Numbered from the whole stretch's first letter, positions 12,701 through 26,831 are shown. The stretch is DNA of 59,501 nt, filler included, from Sphacelaria rigidula (GCA_964200075.2; 7 parts of 7 records of this genome joined end to end with filler, not necessarily neighbours in it), one strand, 5' to 3'. Made by a program: numbers and translations. Notes: generated by a model not told the origin, from the sequence alone.

Positions 12701-14589
12701 TATTCAACCATATGATTCTGAAACTAATGGTTGACCGTCTTTTCGGATCTTGTGATCGATGCTGTTAGCAGCAGGCGATCATTGTGCAGGTACGACTGTA
12801 CCACTATCGGGAGTCCGCTGAGTTGGTTCGAACCAAAACAAAGATAAACTATAGCGATTACCTCGATAGTACAGTGAACCGCACCGTGGTAGGCTTCCTG
12901 CATTCGCTAGTGCGGCTCCGCCCATGTTGTTCTTCTTGTGGTATGTCTTGCACACGCACAAAATTCCATGCATACGCACCAGGTTTTTTACCGCGACCAT
13001 AAAGCCACCGCAGTTTGAAAACACCACTCACGCCATATATGATTTGAGACGGAGATACCACCCTGGTAACAGTCAGGGAATTAGGAATGTGCAATGAGAT
13101 GCAAACGTAAATTTCTCTCGACGAGGCACCCGTGTCTTGGCAGTCGCACCCTAGACGTCGATGCACTGACGCAATCTGAAGCATATGCCCGCACGTTCGA
13201 TTGACAAGTAATGTACAGTACAGTACCGCTACAACAGCCGTACACAAGCACTTATCACCTTCACATCAGCCCTGTTGTGCAGACCCGCGTCCGAACGATA
13301 AGACGGAGGACAGCGAAATCGCCTCAGTGTTGTGGTGCTGACGCACAGGTGGGCTGTGGATAGCGGAGTCATTGATCCATTGCGCGTACTGGCAAAAAAA
13401 CGCAAAGAAAAGGGCTTCCTCGAAGTATTTTCATCTCTACCGACCGAAAAGAAGATCCCGGTATAATTCAGTTCCCTGGCATACAAAACAGTACCGCACA
13501 CTCAGCAGGATTTGTTGTTTGAATCTGACGGTTGCAAAACCAGGAAGCACTTGCCCGCATGATCAAACTTATGGTCGATTAGTACGGGTATAGTACAATA
13601 CCGCTGCAGACAGTCAGTCTTGAGTATACACGAGCACGTGTTTTCTTCACATCAACCGTTTTGTTCAGACCCGCGGCCGAACGGTTCATCCGAAAGGCAG
13701 CGAAACGTCGTCGGTTTGGGGCTTCAGACAGCAACAACTCGTCATTTTTTAGCAGTTCACCTGCAGGTGGGCCGTGGGCGGTGAAGGCATCGCTATATTG
13801 TGCGTACCGTTCAAGAAACAGGGAAAAGAACATTTACTCAAGGTACTTCCCCATTATCGAGAGACGGGCGTGGGCTGGGTACCGGCCTGAAGTTGATGAA
13901 GTCCCTTCCTTAAATGTATTGATTTGATACATTTATCACACAATAATTTATCCGCTACGAACTCAGCTATGGTCACAAGACGACCGCAATGATCCGGATA
14001 AAAAACACGACCCAGAGGAAGGAACGTTTGAACCATCGAATACAGAAAAGGAGCACGAAGGGACAAAAGGCAAATGAAAGTCAAATTCAAAACCAGGGAA
14101 AAGTTCGAAATGAATAAAAGGGCAACGGAGACACAAAAAAAACACTCGCCTAGATGGCGACGGAGACATCCCAGAGAATACTTGACTGAATACCCGAGCC
14201 AAGTAGGACAAGACCATACAGGAAGTGAGGTCAACAGAGCAATATATTAAACATTATCCCAAGGTGTGCGTCGTCATGTCGCCCCCCCCCCCCCCCCCCC
14301 CCGGGGGTTTCCCAGGGGGGGGGGGGGGGGGTTATTCGCCCTTTTGCCGTTGAGGCCAAAAGTTTTCATTACGGGGGANNNNNNNNNNACAGAGACAAGA
14401 AAAGAGTATGAAAAATAGAAGATATATTAAAACTACCCCAGGGGTGTGGCGGGCTATTGCCCCCCCCCCCCCCCCCCCGCGCGAGGCTATCCTAGGGGGT
14501 GTGGAGGGGTGTAATGCGCATTTTGCCGTATGAGTCAAAAGATCTCATTACGGGCGAACTACAAAAGCATATCCCACGTAGGCCCACAC

Positions 14590-15100
14590 TTCATTGCAGC
14601 AAACTGCCTGATGAGAGGTGGCGTGATCCCTGGTGCGTCCAAGCATCAAGTGTGATGAGCGCCGGTTGATGGAGGCGTTCTCCAACTCGTTCAGCAAGAT
14701 CGTGGCGAACGTGAACGCGTCGAGCGTCATACCGGCGAGGCTAGCAAAATTCTTTGGGAGCTTGGAGTGGTGCTTTTCGTGCACGTTCAGGTTCGCCCCG
14801 GGCAATCGCCGAGAACTACTGAGCTCGGCGTACTTCTTGCGGTAGTCCTCGTTGTGGATTTCCCTCGTGAGGCCCATCGGGTCCGAGGAGCATTCCGCTA
14901 TTCCAACACGAGTATGGGCGGGGTCCGCCAGCCCTCGACTCTCGCCAGAAGTTGAACGAGATGCCATAGCCGGGCATCACGCGGTTGACGTTCGTTCCAC
15001 CTCCTCCTGAATCCGGACAAAGATATTTGCAGGGCCTGCGCAGAATGTTCGGCCACCCCAAGCTCTACTCCAGCTCGGATGAAGCGCTCTGTGATGACCA
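14590..15100 (-). pseudogene. Coding-like GC-rich segment with apparent frameshifts, unidentified
   Basis: Overlapping ORFs 14548-14967, 14816-15061 and 14898-15107 have protein-like stretches (REIHNEDYRKKYAEL...TILLNELENAS). No family recognised. Confidence 0.25.
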
Positions 15101-17114
15101 AACGCACGACCGAAAACGGGAGTAGCGATCCGCGAACGCAGCAGTATCACAAGTAATGAAATTGCTGGTCAAACGCAACATACCCCGAAGTCCGATCCCG
15201 CCCGGATTACGGCGATCAACAGCAACAAATTCGCGAAAACGTAAAACGTGAAACAAACATCGCAAAAAAGAACAATGTTGAAAAGTAAGAGGGGCGAGGA
15301 GCGAGGTGTAAAGAGGATGTACAAAAGGCGTCAAAATTACCCCGGGCCCGCGTAGGGCCGAAGTGCTTGGTTACTGAACGTTAGAATACATGCAAGAGAA
15401 GCACTACTCCCGTAGAATGAAAGGCGTTGTCGTCCCATCAGAGTAACGCTCGTCATTCCCACCACCTGACTGCTGCCGAGATAGCCCCCCCACCAAACCG
15501 GCCAAAAATGTGCACGGAGGCGATGATCGTAAATGCCGTTAGAGGTGGTTTCGTGTTCCACGACGCGACTTATTTGGGCGTCATAGCTGATTTCGTACTG
15601 CTACAAGCCTTTCATGTGGGCGGCATTGCTGCAAATGAGCCCAATAGTGGGATCGCAGCCGGTTTGTCGGATGGTCTCCCGTGCACTTCTTGAGGGGGGG
15701 GCTATCTCGGCATTAGTCACCTTCAGCCTGAAGACTATCCGCGATACACTCAACTTTCAACTGGCGGTTTCAGTTCGAACATCGCGCCGGGGGGAGGGGT
15801 GGGTGTACTCATTTGTTGCTTGCCTTAGTCATTTGACCATTGACCACGCATCCCGTCTCGAAAGGGGTGGGGGAGGGCGGCGGGAGGTAAATAGCATTAG
15901 ATAAATAGCTTCAGAATTCCAGAAAAAAACTGCGTAGGTGAAGGAATATATCCACCATCGGCAATGAACCATCTGCCTAACCCAAACTGCTTGCACCAGT
16001 ACCACAGAGACTCTAGCCAACCCTCTACCGTAAAAAAGATAGCGAAACTAGAGAGAATAGTACCGGTTGTTACAACTCCAACACCACATAACCCAACCAC
16101 TATCGAAACGTACGTAAATGTATGGCGAGCATAAACGATAAACCGAATAGTGTCTAGAGATAGCATGACATTAACCACCTTTCAATAAGCAACTTAGGTT
16201 ATTCAGGTAGTGCGACAACACATGCCGCAAAATCGTAGAAAGTACGTGAAACATATTAGCTTTTCATCGGAAGTGTAGATGTTTCAAGGATCGGCCCGGT
16301 ACCGTATACCCGATATCCTCTGTAACATTTCTTTTGGGTAAGTCATTGCGATTGTACTTCACCACCACTACCACCTGGGAATGTTTACCGCATAATAGTT
16401 TGTCGTGGCTTCTCCCGGCGTGTGCACGGTGTGCCCTACACTGCGGCATGTCATGAATGGAAAATGAAAAATGTGTCACGGTCACTGCTGCAATTCTGGT
16501 GTTGTAGACGAGGACGGGTTGAAACCTACGCACGACATGTCACGCATTCATGATACAGGGTACACGAGCCGCACATTCTTATAAGGACCAGCCGGTTCAA
16601 GACCTTTACTGCTCACCTGACGCCATCGGTCCGAGAGCATAGCATGCGGGCACCGTTCTCGATCACAGCGGCGCGCATCAAGTTTGTCGATATCGACATG
16701 GGATGCGTTATGCCTCCGTTCCGCCCCGTTGAAAACAAGAACACTTACTGCCGAGCCCTGTGCCTCTTGGCGATCCGAGAACGTTGCATTGCACTCGTTG
16801 AGCTTTTCTTCCGACTCGCACCATTTTCCTGTATGCATTTCGATATACATAAATGCAGTTTCCACGGATAGGAAGGGAGGGAGGGGGGGGGGGGGGGGTG
16901 GGCTTCTTGAGTATGCATTCCTAAGACATANNNNNNNNNNNNNNNNNNNNNNNNNNNNNNNNNNNNNNNNNNNNTTAATTAATTAANNNNNNNNNNNNNN
17001 NNNNNNNNNNNNNNNNNNNNNNNNNNNNNNTGTGGATGTTTGGGTTATGGGTATACGGTGGTATGCTCCTTTCACTCTGTTGACCACGGGTTAGAGATCG
17101 AGCTAATGTGATGG

Positions 17115-17116
<2 letters not shown>

Positions 17117-17171
<55 letters not shown>

Positions 17172-17177
17172 TAATAA
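17117..17177. repeat. (TAA)n microsatellite
   Basis: About 20 TAA units. Confidence 0.95.
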
Positions 17178-18177
17178 GACCCTAACCCCTAGACCGCGAG
17201 GGCAGTCCATCTGGACCATGCATATTTTTCTCAAGTGAAAATTGATGCCGATTCAGCAGGTGACCAACCCTCGCGGTCAAAGGGTCAAGCTTTGGTCCAA
17301 AACCCATGGTTGAAAGTATGACTACTTGATTCTAGACCGAACACCGACATTCGGATCTTCGAAGGGGCTGAGTGCTGCTGGCTTGCTCAGAACGTGCTTT
17401 TGTCCAAATCGGCGCCTGCTGCGTCGACTTGAGGTCTGGTAACGCACACTTTGTCTAGGGCAACCTCTGCGCCCCCTTACCTGAAGGTTCCCGTACCACT
17501 TGGGTCAGGGTTAGGGTTAGGGTAAGCGTTAATGTTACGGTTAGTGAGTTCAAAATAATCAACCAAAGCTACAGGTCGCCAGTTCTGATCATGGACACTT
17601 CCATTTCTCTCTCCAGTGTCATTTACAACGTGCACAGGCATGGTCTCGCGGTCAAGAACTCGGACAGCGAAGCAGAAAGTGACGACGCGCAACGCTCGAT
17701 CGATTGATAAATTTATTTTACTTGACTGTCGCACATAACTGACCACCCAGGGGTCCAGCCGTGGTCACATACTGAACCACTCGCCGAATAAAAAGAAGTA
17801 TCAACAGAAAACGCTGCCATTCGAATTGTATCAATCAATTCCTAGGCTTTGTTTTCAGCGTTGCAACCCAGGTACACGCAGCCCAGACAAGTGGAATGAC
17901 GCAAAAGTTGCGTGGATACCGCTTCGACCAGCGGTCATTTTTTTTCTCCCTTTTGGGCAATCATGCCGAAGAAATCGTGGATTTGGCGATTCGAACCCGT
18001 GATGATTCGTCCTAACCGTGGTACATTCGGCGTTCCGCATCCTCCAGGACGAGAACGTGCCTGTAATGGTACTTGTGCCGCTCATCGTGTTCGAGCATTG
18101 GCGCAGCACTTCCGCACCCCGACGACGTGTCACTGAAATGTTCAAGTTCTTGACTATCAGATATTTTAGGTACGTCT

Positions 18178-18250
18178 CATGAGACCGTGGCTGGACCCCT
18201 GGGGGGTCAGTCAAAGTGCGACAATGAATCAATCAATCATCAATCAATCA
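18178..18250 (+). mobile_element. Short LINE/SINE 3'-end fragment with (AATC)n tail
   Basis: CATGAGACC.TGGCTGGACCCC.GGGGG.TCAG..AAAGTGCGACAATG(AATC)n. Copies at 58880-58948, ~17700-17770 (-), ~36280-36312 and ~59097-59148. Confidence 0.7.
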
Positions 18251-19559
18251 CAATACAATGCGAAGTGATCCTATATCCACAGGCGTACGAGTCTTCTGGT
18301 TGTCGCAGACATTTGCAATGCGCACAGCTCTCCTGGCCATGAAGCTGATCCGGCCCACCACCGAGCAAACTAACGGACTCTCTTTGCCGTTGGCGTCGGC
18401 TGGTGATGACGCTGTAAAACACGCCACTCCCTGCGAATACTAGACAACCAGGTTACCGATTTTTTTCTTGCGCGCTCGCGTTTTTTCGCGGTGACCGTGA
18501 CGGCGGTCGAGCTAGACCTTGCTGTGCGGGCTGGAAGAACCTCAACTCCGCGAAAAAGGGATAATCGTACTACGTAGTACTTTAATCGTGAAACGCCCAT
18601 GAGGCAGTGTATAAGCCGTGGTAGTCGCTGCAAGTGACGATACCAGAAAATGAAGTAACTCATTGCAGAATGTCATCCACATGCAAGATCATCAGTACGC
18701 TTCGGGCCGAACAAGCTTAGCAGGATGCGGCTCACCCTTCATGCGATGCGACTCGCCGAGCACACCACGGCGCTTCGTGCTTGGTGATTGATTTCAAGCC
18801 TGGTCCGCCGAAAACCCGGCGTGCTCTGTCCCGGCTTTGTAGGGATGCGAGGTCAATGGCCAATGGTCGAACGACTAAGGCAAGCAACAAATGAGTACGC
18901 CCCCCCCCCCCCCCCCCCCCCCCGAAGAAAAAATTGACAACCGACAGCTAGGTTCAACACCAGCTCTCTGGAAATCTTCGACGTTCTTCGGATTGGAAAA
19001 ACTCACTCCGTCACCCCAGCGACTCCGAACTGGGTCCAATACACGTGTCAGAGCAGCCTCCATGGTGTTCTTTTGACCGCCAAGACTTTTTATTTTGTTC
19101 TCAGTAAATTTGCTGCTTTGGGGGAAGGGCTACTGTACAAACCCTTCTCTTCGGCTCCGTCTCTTGGCGAGTAGGCGTTTGGAACGACGGTGACGAGAGC
19201 ATGACGCAAAAGTCCCGAGGCGCGGGAGGTAGCCCATCGACACCGTCAAGAGAGAAGACAGTCGAGCGCCTCAACAAGTCTCCAACCATGAAGGTGTGTG
19301 CAAAGTGTGACTCGGAGATGAATAGTGTGGTGGTTTAAAATTTTCTGCACTTGCCTCTCGTGAGAGCGCAGGAGTGGCGTTTTTGGTTGTTTTTCATACA
19401 AGAAACGTCAATGACTGATTGCTTTGCTCCTTCGATTCCCACCGTGGCACAAATATTCGACAGTTAGCACTCCACCACGTGCATGCTTTGAACAATACTT
19501 CTCCTTCAGCCGTCAATTAGGTCCTCGTGTACGTTCAATCTGACACTGCCCTCGTTCAT

Positions 19560-20561
19560 CTTGGCCTACCCACACGTTTCCCCCGCTGAATCACGTCAGA
19601 TTCCAGAGCGTTCATGACTTCCTCTACGGCGACTCCACGAAGCTCGTCAACGACGTGTCCCGAAGCTGGATTTCCATGTGTGGAGTGACGGAAACGGTCT
19701 TGCTTGATTGGGCCACTTTGGAACATGACTACGCCGAGAACGAACAGGTTACGTTCCCGCTCGACGCGATAAGCTTTATTCCATCATGAAAATCCGGAGC
19801 AACACTCATCAGAGACTGACTGTCAACAGACGGGTGTGCCGACTGGTCTTTCAAGCTACCATCGCTTCGTCGCGCTGAGGTCAAACACCTTGGACCCTCG
19901 CAAGCCCCTTCAGACCCACTCTCGAAGGGGGGCTGCGGCAAGGGATAGCAATGCGGCACCTCCCTCGTCGACGCCGTCAGTAATTCGTCGAGAGGAAGCC
20001 GCGCTCCAGTCCGTGTCGGCCACAACGAGAGTGATGCTGGGAGAAGCACTCGACAAGCAATTCTTCACGCCTCGGTACGGCCCAGCCTCGTCAACCTACC
20101 GGACTCTGGCATCTTCGAAGAGAGTATGGACCCGGAGCCCGATGTGCCCCTGACGATGAGCCAACGATGCATCGAAAAATTCGACAAGTTCGTTGTCGCC
20201 GGTGTGAGGGAGACACTCGAAACGAAGCCGGTGTCTCTAATGCTGGAATATTGGAGGTCAGAATGGAAGTATCCGAACATGGCACGGGCCGCCGGAGCCT
20301 TGCTTTTTCGTACCAGCTTCATCAGCCGTGCTGGAGCGAGACTTCAGCGCGGACGGACGGCTCATCACCGACTCACGGAGCCACATGGATAGCAACTTTG
20401 TGCAAATGATAATATCACTCAACGGCAGCAGAGACGTTATCCCCGAAGAGATATCTGTCTTGACTGACAGTCATGCGAAGGATGCACTTCCCCGCCAGCT
20501 TTCCCATCCGCGTAAGGAAGTGAAGTTGCTGTCGCACAAGCAACCAGAAGGGGATGAGTAG
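19560..20561 (+). pseudogene. hAT-family transposase pseudogene (catalytic and C-terminal dimerisation regions)
   Basis: KLVNDVSRSWIS (degenerate DVxTRWNS) at ~19640. MLEYW...KYPNMARAAGALL then, after a frameshift, PASSAVLERDFSADGRLITDSRSHM (hATC dimerisation motif). Multiple frameshifts and stops. Confidence 0.88.
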
Positions 20562-20721
20562 CCGGAGGAGGCTGTAGACTCGTCGACTTTTTCCCGACGC
20601 TTTTCCGAACTTTCCATCGTGGAGGCCTGCTTCACCTGGGAGCGTTTTTCTCGTGTGCTCTTCGCGCTCAACGTCGTGGCGGAACGTAACTTCTTGTAAA
20701 CCCGTGGGACTTCTTCACTGA

Positions 20722-21027
20722 GGCGACCTAACGTTTTGGTCATATGTCTATGGTTGCTTTCTTCGAACAAAGCAACATAACGCTAACCCCGACCGAAGGC
20801 GTACGAGACCCTCGGCCAAGGGGGGTGCATAGGTTCTTCTAGGCATGGTGTGCTTTGGCAGACCTGGAACCGGCGCCTGCGGCGCCGGTTTCGATACAAA
20901 CATGTTCTGGACGAGCTGGGTCCACTGCTCACCTGCCCCAAACCAAAACGTTTCTCAGAACTTTCTTAAGTCTAGAATCAAGTAGTCATGTTGTCAACCA
21001 TAGATATACGACCAAATCATGAGGTCT
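20722..21027 (-). mobile_element. ~300-bp TIR-bounded MITE family carrying internal telomere-like repeats
   Basis: TIRs GACCT..TTTGGTC.TAT.TCTATGGTTG / CAACCATAGATATACGACCAAA..AGGTC. Related copies at ~910-1085, ~17290-17580, ~23845-24090, 37621-37942 and ~38930-39120. Confidence 0.75.
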
Positions 21028-22004
21028 ACTGTTTTCACTTCGGTAGCAGCAGTACATGGTCGGCGTTGATGAAGCACGGGTGGCTAACGCAAGCCCGTCC
21101 GACGTTCAGCCGTACGAGCTTTGCTATCTGCGAGTGGTGTGATATCCGTATTACCTGCTTGACCTACACGCATTTCTCGGCTAGTGACCGGAAGAACCCG
21201 GTTGAACTGCACACATTGCTTGATGAACGATCTGTATGACCCGTGTGATTCGTACAAGTCCGCATGGCGGTGATCTATATGACACGAGTTGCTTGTACTA
21301 GGGTTTTCACAAGTGACTCGTGTACTCCGTTTTATCCGTACATCGTCTCCGTAGAAACACCTGCGTGGTCCGAACCAGGTGTACCCAAAACGCCGGTGAC
21401 ATCCTGTGATACCCTCATGACCCGTACGAGATACCTCCCTCGTGATCGCGAACACCCGAAACGCAGGAACCGTTTCATAACTTGTTGTACTGTGTCATCC
21501 GAATCGTGAACACAAACGTATTCACAATCTACCTGTATAACCCGAATGCCACGGATAATGATCGGTCCGCGGTGTGGGATAATGGCAAGATTTCGAACGC
21601 TGTATCCTCCACCACCTTTGTCACTTTTTCGTTGCCCCCTTAGCTTCGGGAGGATTTCTTCGAGGTTTTCGGGGAGCGGAGGGAGCGTATTCATTTTGTT
21701 GCTTGCCTTGGTCGTTGACCATTGACCATGCATCCCTTCCGAGACGAAGAACCGTTCCTGCTCCTGATAGGGGCACCCCCAACATTTGGGTGCTCATTAC
21801 GTTTCTTCCATACATTACACAAAAACTTTTTACATATCTCATCCCCGTCCTGTTTCGCCGCCTATGCCCACTATCGATCTCCTAGTATAGCCATCGTTTT
21901 TTCGTTATTGTAGGGGGGTGGGAGGTGGGGGGGGATATTCGTAAGATTTTAAACTCTGCTTTTGCTTATCCCCCAACACGCTTGCGAGTTCTTTTTGCTT
22001 AGTC

Positions 22005-22280
22005 TTCTGACGGTTGGATGGTGGGTTCAAATCTCGGAGCGATCTGGGATTTTTCCTCACACCATGCCCTATAGTGGAGAGCGACGAAGCCGTGGGTACA
22101 ATAAATTTGACTTCACGGTCGACGAGGTAAAGGGAGTGCTGAACCCCTCTCGCGATAAAAAAAAGGGGGCAAGGACCGCAGAAGGAAGATCGGGTACTAA
22201 AAAAATATATAAAAAAATAAAAAGCTCCTGTGTTGACCATACTCCTGTGTGACCCCGGCTGGTGCGCCCGCACTCACCGA
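22005..22280 (+). mobile_element. tRNA-derived SINE copy
   Basis: B box GGTTCAAATC, body GGAGAGCGACGAAGCCGTGGGTACA, tail TGTGTGACCCCGGCTGGTGCGCCC. Aligns with 58250-58545. Confidence 0.78.
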
Positions 22281-25200
22281 AACGTGTAAACCGGCGCCCA
22301 GAATAGATGGGACAACAACACACACATGCTAAACGATAAACAACAATGACGACAACGATAACACGCCGTTATCTGCCCGAGTACATTGTTTTTCCGCGTA
22401 TTGGCTGCGGCGATTGTATTTACATGATCGCACACGCACGTCAGGATTCACAATTTAAACTCAGCTGAAACATTTTACCAAGACGCCGCAACTCCCCGCC
22501 TTTTTGTTTTCGCTGCCATGAATAAGGCCGTGTCTAATCGAGACGCAGGAAGGAAGCGGGAAGGGTAACCAAGGGAAAAGTAGCACGTTCATTGGTCGCA
22601 GCGATACCACCCCCCCCCCAAAAAAAAAAAAAAAACGGCGGCGCTTCTTTTTCCGCAGCGGCGCTTTTTTGAATGAACGATTGTAGAATTTTTCAGGCTG
22701 TTCGCCAGGACTTTTTTGGGCTGTTCATCATGAGGGGCAACATAAATCAGCTACGGAATGACCCTTGCTGTAGTACAAACCTGTCAGACAGCCCAGACCC
22801 GACGCGCAAGCTCACATAGAAATGTGATCTCACGTCCTGGCATAGACGATGAATAGCTCGAGTTGTAGCTATTGATCGACTACGTACGACGTTTTGTAGT
22901 CCGGGGGAAATCGCTCCAAAACATATTGAGATGTCATTCTTTCTGTCAAAATGGCGCCGAGTAACACACCCGCAAACGGTCAAAGACTCCATCTTGACCA
23001 AGTTTTTGTGGCAACGACACGGCCAGCCCTCTTCCAACAGCAAACGGATTGCCGTGAAACACCGAGCACCGTGTATAGATTAGTAAGAGCTAGCGCCAGG
23101 TGTGCTGCGCTTGTGCCGTAGACGTCTATGCGTATTTGCTCGGGTCGTGTTGTGAAGGTATATTGTGGTACAGTCATGTGCTTCAGTCACGCCCATTGAG
23201 ATTTCCAGACCAGTCTCCGACCGCGTCCAGTGCGGAAAAAATCACCGCTCTTCCCAGAAAGCCAGTTCTGCGGATATTCGTTTGGATCCAAGGTGTTTTT
23301 CTGCGGGTGAGCAAGCTGCATACTTGTTATTTTTCCTGCTTTTTTCTTCCTTGTCTCGATAAGGGACGGCCTAAGAAGTGGTAGAACCAGAAGGACAACA
23401 ACAACAAAAAAACACACACACACTCACTTTTTGGCGAATAAAAAAATGACTGAAAATGTTCTCATCCAAGGGGTGATTTTTTGTTTGCCACGAGAAGCGG
23501 CCTCAAGGGACAGTTTTCGGCGACGTGTTTTCCCTCTTCCTGCATTACTGTACATGTGCAAGCAGGTGTTCGTCATCACACCTTGTACAACACATGACAT
23601 GGTAAAAAAAGTGTACTGCGTGTACAGTATGGAATATATTGCCATAGACGCAATCGTCGATACTGCACGCAAGCACACTTTTTGACAGCGTGATTCATTG
23701 TCCAGGCTGTGTTCGTCATGCGCACAAAAGTGTCTCCTACTCCACAGTACCGACACACAACTATCTTGCAAGTGTTTGGACCCCAACGAGTGAGGTGAAT
23801 TTGTCCCAGTTCGGCGACATGCTGCCCATACATCACATATTTCGTAAAATAACGCCAACCCTAACCCCACCCTCAATCCAAGGCATACCGAGAACACTTG
23901 ACCTACAGGGATTCAAAGGGTCCCCGAGGTAAAACGTGAGTTTGCAGGCAGCCCTCGAATCGATGCCCGCAGGCGCCGATTCGAACAAAAACGTGTTTTG
24001 CGCATGCGAGGACGTACTCAGGATTGTCAGCCATACTATGGATTCCGAAGTCCACACACTCAAAATCAAGTACGGTACATAATATCGACCATGAATAATG
24101 ATAGCATGCACACTCTGGATAATGACGGTAGATTATACTGTCAAAAATGAACTATGTACAGAATGGATATATTGTCTACCGCAACAGACGCAATAGTCGA
24201 TAATGTACGCAGTATACTTGTTGACAATACAACCCTTTGTCCAGGGCGTGATAGCATGGCCCCGACGTAGGACAAACTCTAAACAAAAAAGTCATCATCC
24301 GCGGGGTTTCTACCGTCTGTGACGTACGTTACCTTTCTTTGGGTAACTCTCGGAAGCTGCTCCGTATTTTAGCATGGATGGTCTGCGCAGCGAAGAAGGT
24401 CACATTCATCTCCGCAGATTCCGTCCTCAATAGCGCATCTGACACCTTTGAAACGCACAAAAAAATAATGAAAACAAAAAAAAATACAAATTAGTACACA
24501 CACGTATATACTCGTACGGCGTAGGTGTCTTTTTTCGCGTAGAGTTTATATTTCTAGCTTTCCTTCGTTAGTCTTTTGATTTCATGGGTATATGGATGCA
24601 AGGGCCGGGCAAATCACACAGGTGGATACTTCCCTCTCGCCGCAGGATACATGGAAGCGGCACATTATGGAGAGTGTGTATAGGGTCGAAAAAAAGGGTT
24701 CTATATAGTGGTGTGAACTGGCTGCCAGTTCAACTGACCAGTTACAGTTCACTGGTACAACTGGTTAACTCATCTATTTCGTAACCAGTTGAACCACTCA
24801 ATCCACCCGACATACGTGTCATACTCCAAAGTGCTCTGTGTACATATGTGTCATACTCAAGTCAATATTTCTGAAGCATTGCCATACTACAATAACCGTG
24901 GGGACGCTGGTACAGAGGTGAGTACATGACCGCATAGCACACGCACCTAGACGTAAACACGAATATCGCAGACAACATATTTTAACACACACAAAAAATA
25001 CAGATTGGGCACGGACAGTTGTTAATTGAGCGGATCTGCAATGTGAAGCAAGACTGCGTTCCGTAGCGTTGTTGTGTATGCTTTGCTTTATTCTGTCGGC
25101 ATCAAGCGTTAAGCGTTCAGTGGTTGCTGATTAATGTCATACCGAAGCATGAAGTCGAGATTTCTGTTCTACTTTCCTGGCTGATGGAGTCACACTCAAT

Positions 25201-26831
25201 AACGTTACCAAGTTGTCTTGCTACTACGTAGTAGTTTCTGGTGCTTGGGTGGTACACGCGTAACGCTATGTATGCTGCACTACTGTCTCACCGTTTCGTT
25301 CTTTGAATTCACGTCGCAAGTTCAGTGATATTTCCTTTTCCCCCATACTGTACATGTATATATATATATATATATATTTCCTCACACTTTGAACCCTTCC
25401 CCTTCCTCGGGATGAGTCCGTGGTCTCAAAGGATCAACCCGTCTCNNNNNNNNNNNNNNNNNNNNNNNNNNNNNNNNNNNNNNNNNNNNTTAATTAATTA
25501 ANNNNNNNNNNNNNNNNNNNNNNNNNNNNNNNNNNNNNNNNNNNNGAAAATCAAATCGGACACCGTTAAGGGCTCGTATAAACATAACCGACTTTACTTA
25601 TGGGACAGAGGAAGTATGTATATATTTTGCGGCCCTACACATGTACAGTATTTCACAACCACGGTGGCTCTTCAGCCTACAGTGCACAGATTACTCCGAC
25701 AACACAACAGTACAGCACAGCCATCTATATGGCGAGTATTTTCTTGCATAAAATCCAGCTGTCGGAATTCTGCTGCGATTCCCAAGCCTTGCACGTGCTT
25801 CCCATGTCGGCAACAGAACTGTACTACACACCATGTACTGTTGATGTTGCATACGCATGCATGATGACCGCCTGCATGGTGAAGCTGGGGAACACGGGAT
25901 AATGCTTATGCCGCGCTGATGCTTGTTGAACACAAGACAAGGCTGCCGCCGATACAATCAAAAGGATGATTGGATGGTTGGGGCTGGGCACAAGGTGTGG
26001 CTGAAAGTGGAACTTCAGCTGTGTCTGCTAAATAGTCGTGTATGGTCTTCGGGAGTAGTCGCTGTTTTTATTCGTCGTGCTTTTTTTTAACTCGATACCT
26101 GAACCGTCGACGGCCGGAAATCTCGATATGATTGTCTCAAGTGTGAGACTAAAAACCCTGGAAATAATGGGAATGGTCGCTATACTAGATGCAAGTTTAT
26201 AGCCGCCAAGGGTGAGAGTCCTCCATTCTGAAAATGAGATGATGGGTAACTCGGCACCTTCACTCCCCTGTGCGATACCGTGGAATGTGGTGGTGTTTTT
26301 TACGAGTGATCAATTTAATGTCAGTTTTTCGTTTGTCATTGTCCTTGGATACGAGTTCCTCGACATGGGATAGGCGACGAGTGAACACATCATATAATTT
26401 CGTGACTTGTCATTTTGAGTGATGTGACGAGATGCGTCTGCATCGGCCTTCGCATAATGCGTACACGTATTGTGCCAGACTGTAATGGATATTCGAATCA
26501 GCAGATTGCCTACCATATGTCTTGTTTAAATGGTACTGGGCGGGTGGCATATATCACTAGATGCAGCACATATAGTGCGCGATGATATTCGATGATGCAC
26601 CGTGTGTGACACCAGGAAAATACGGCATTCAATCGTACTAATGCAGGTAGGTAGTACTTCGTATATATACAACGTGCATGTAGTGACCGGTGGGTCTGTA
26701 TCCGGTCGAAAATGGCACCCTTGTGGGTTATCATGAGCATAAATCGAGCATACATTCCACTTCACGAGTATGATTTTTGGCGAGATTACTAGCATGAAAG
26801 AATGACTTCACTAGTATAAAAAGTAGAAGTA

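Noticed and set aside
13888-14236. Solo copia-like LTR (minus strand TGTTGA...TCAACTTCA); similar candidate at 2774-3300
   Set aside because: No TSD and no second copy in the window, so it cannot be supported.
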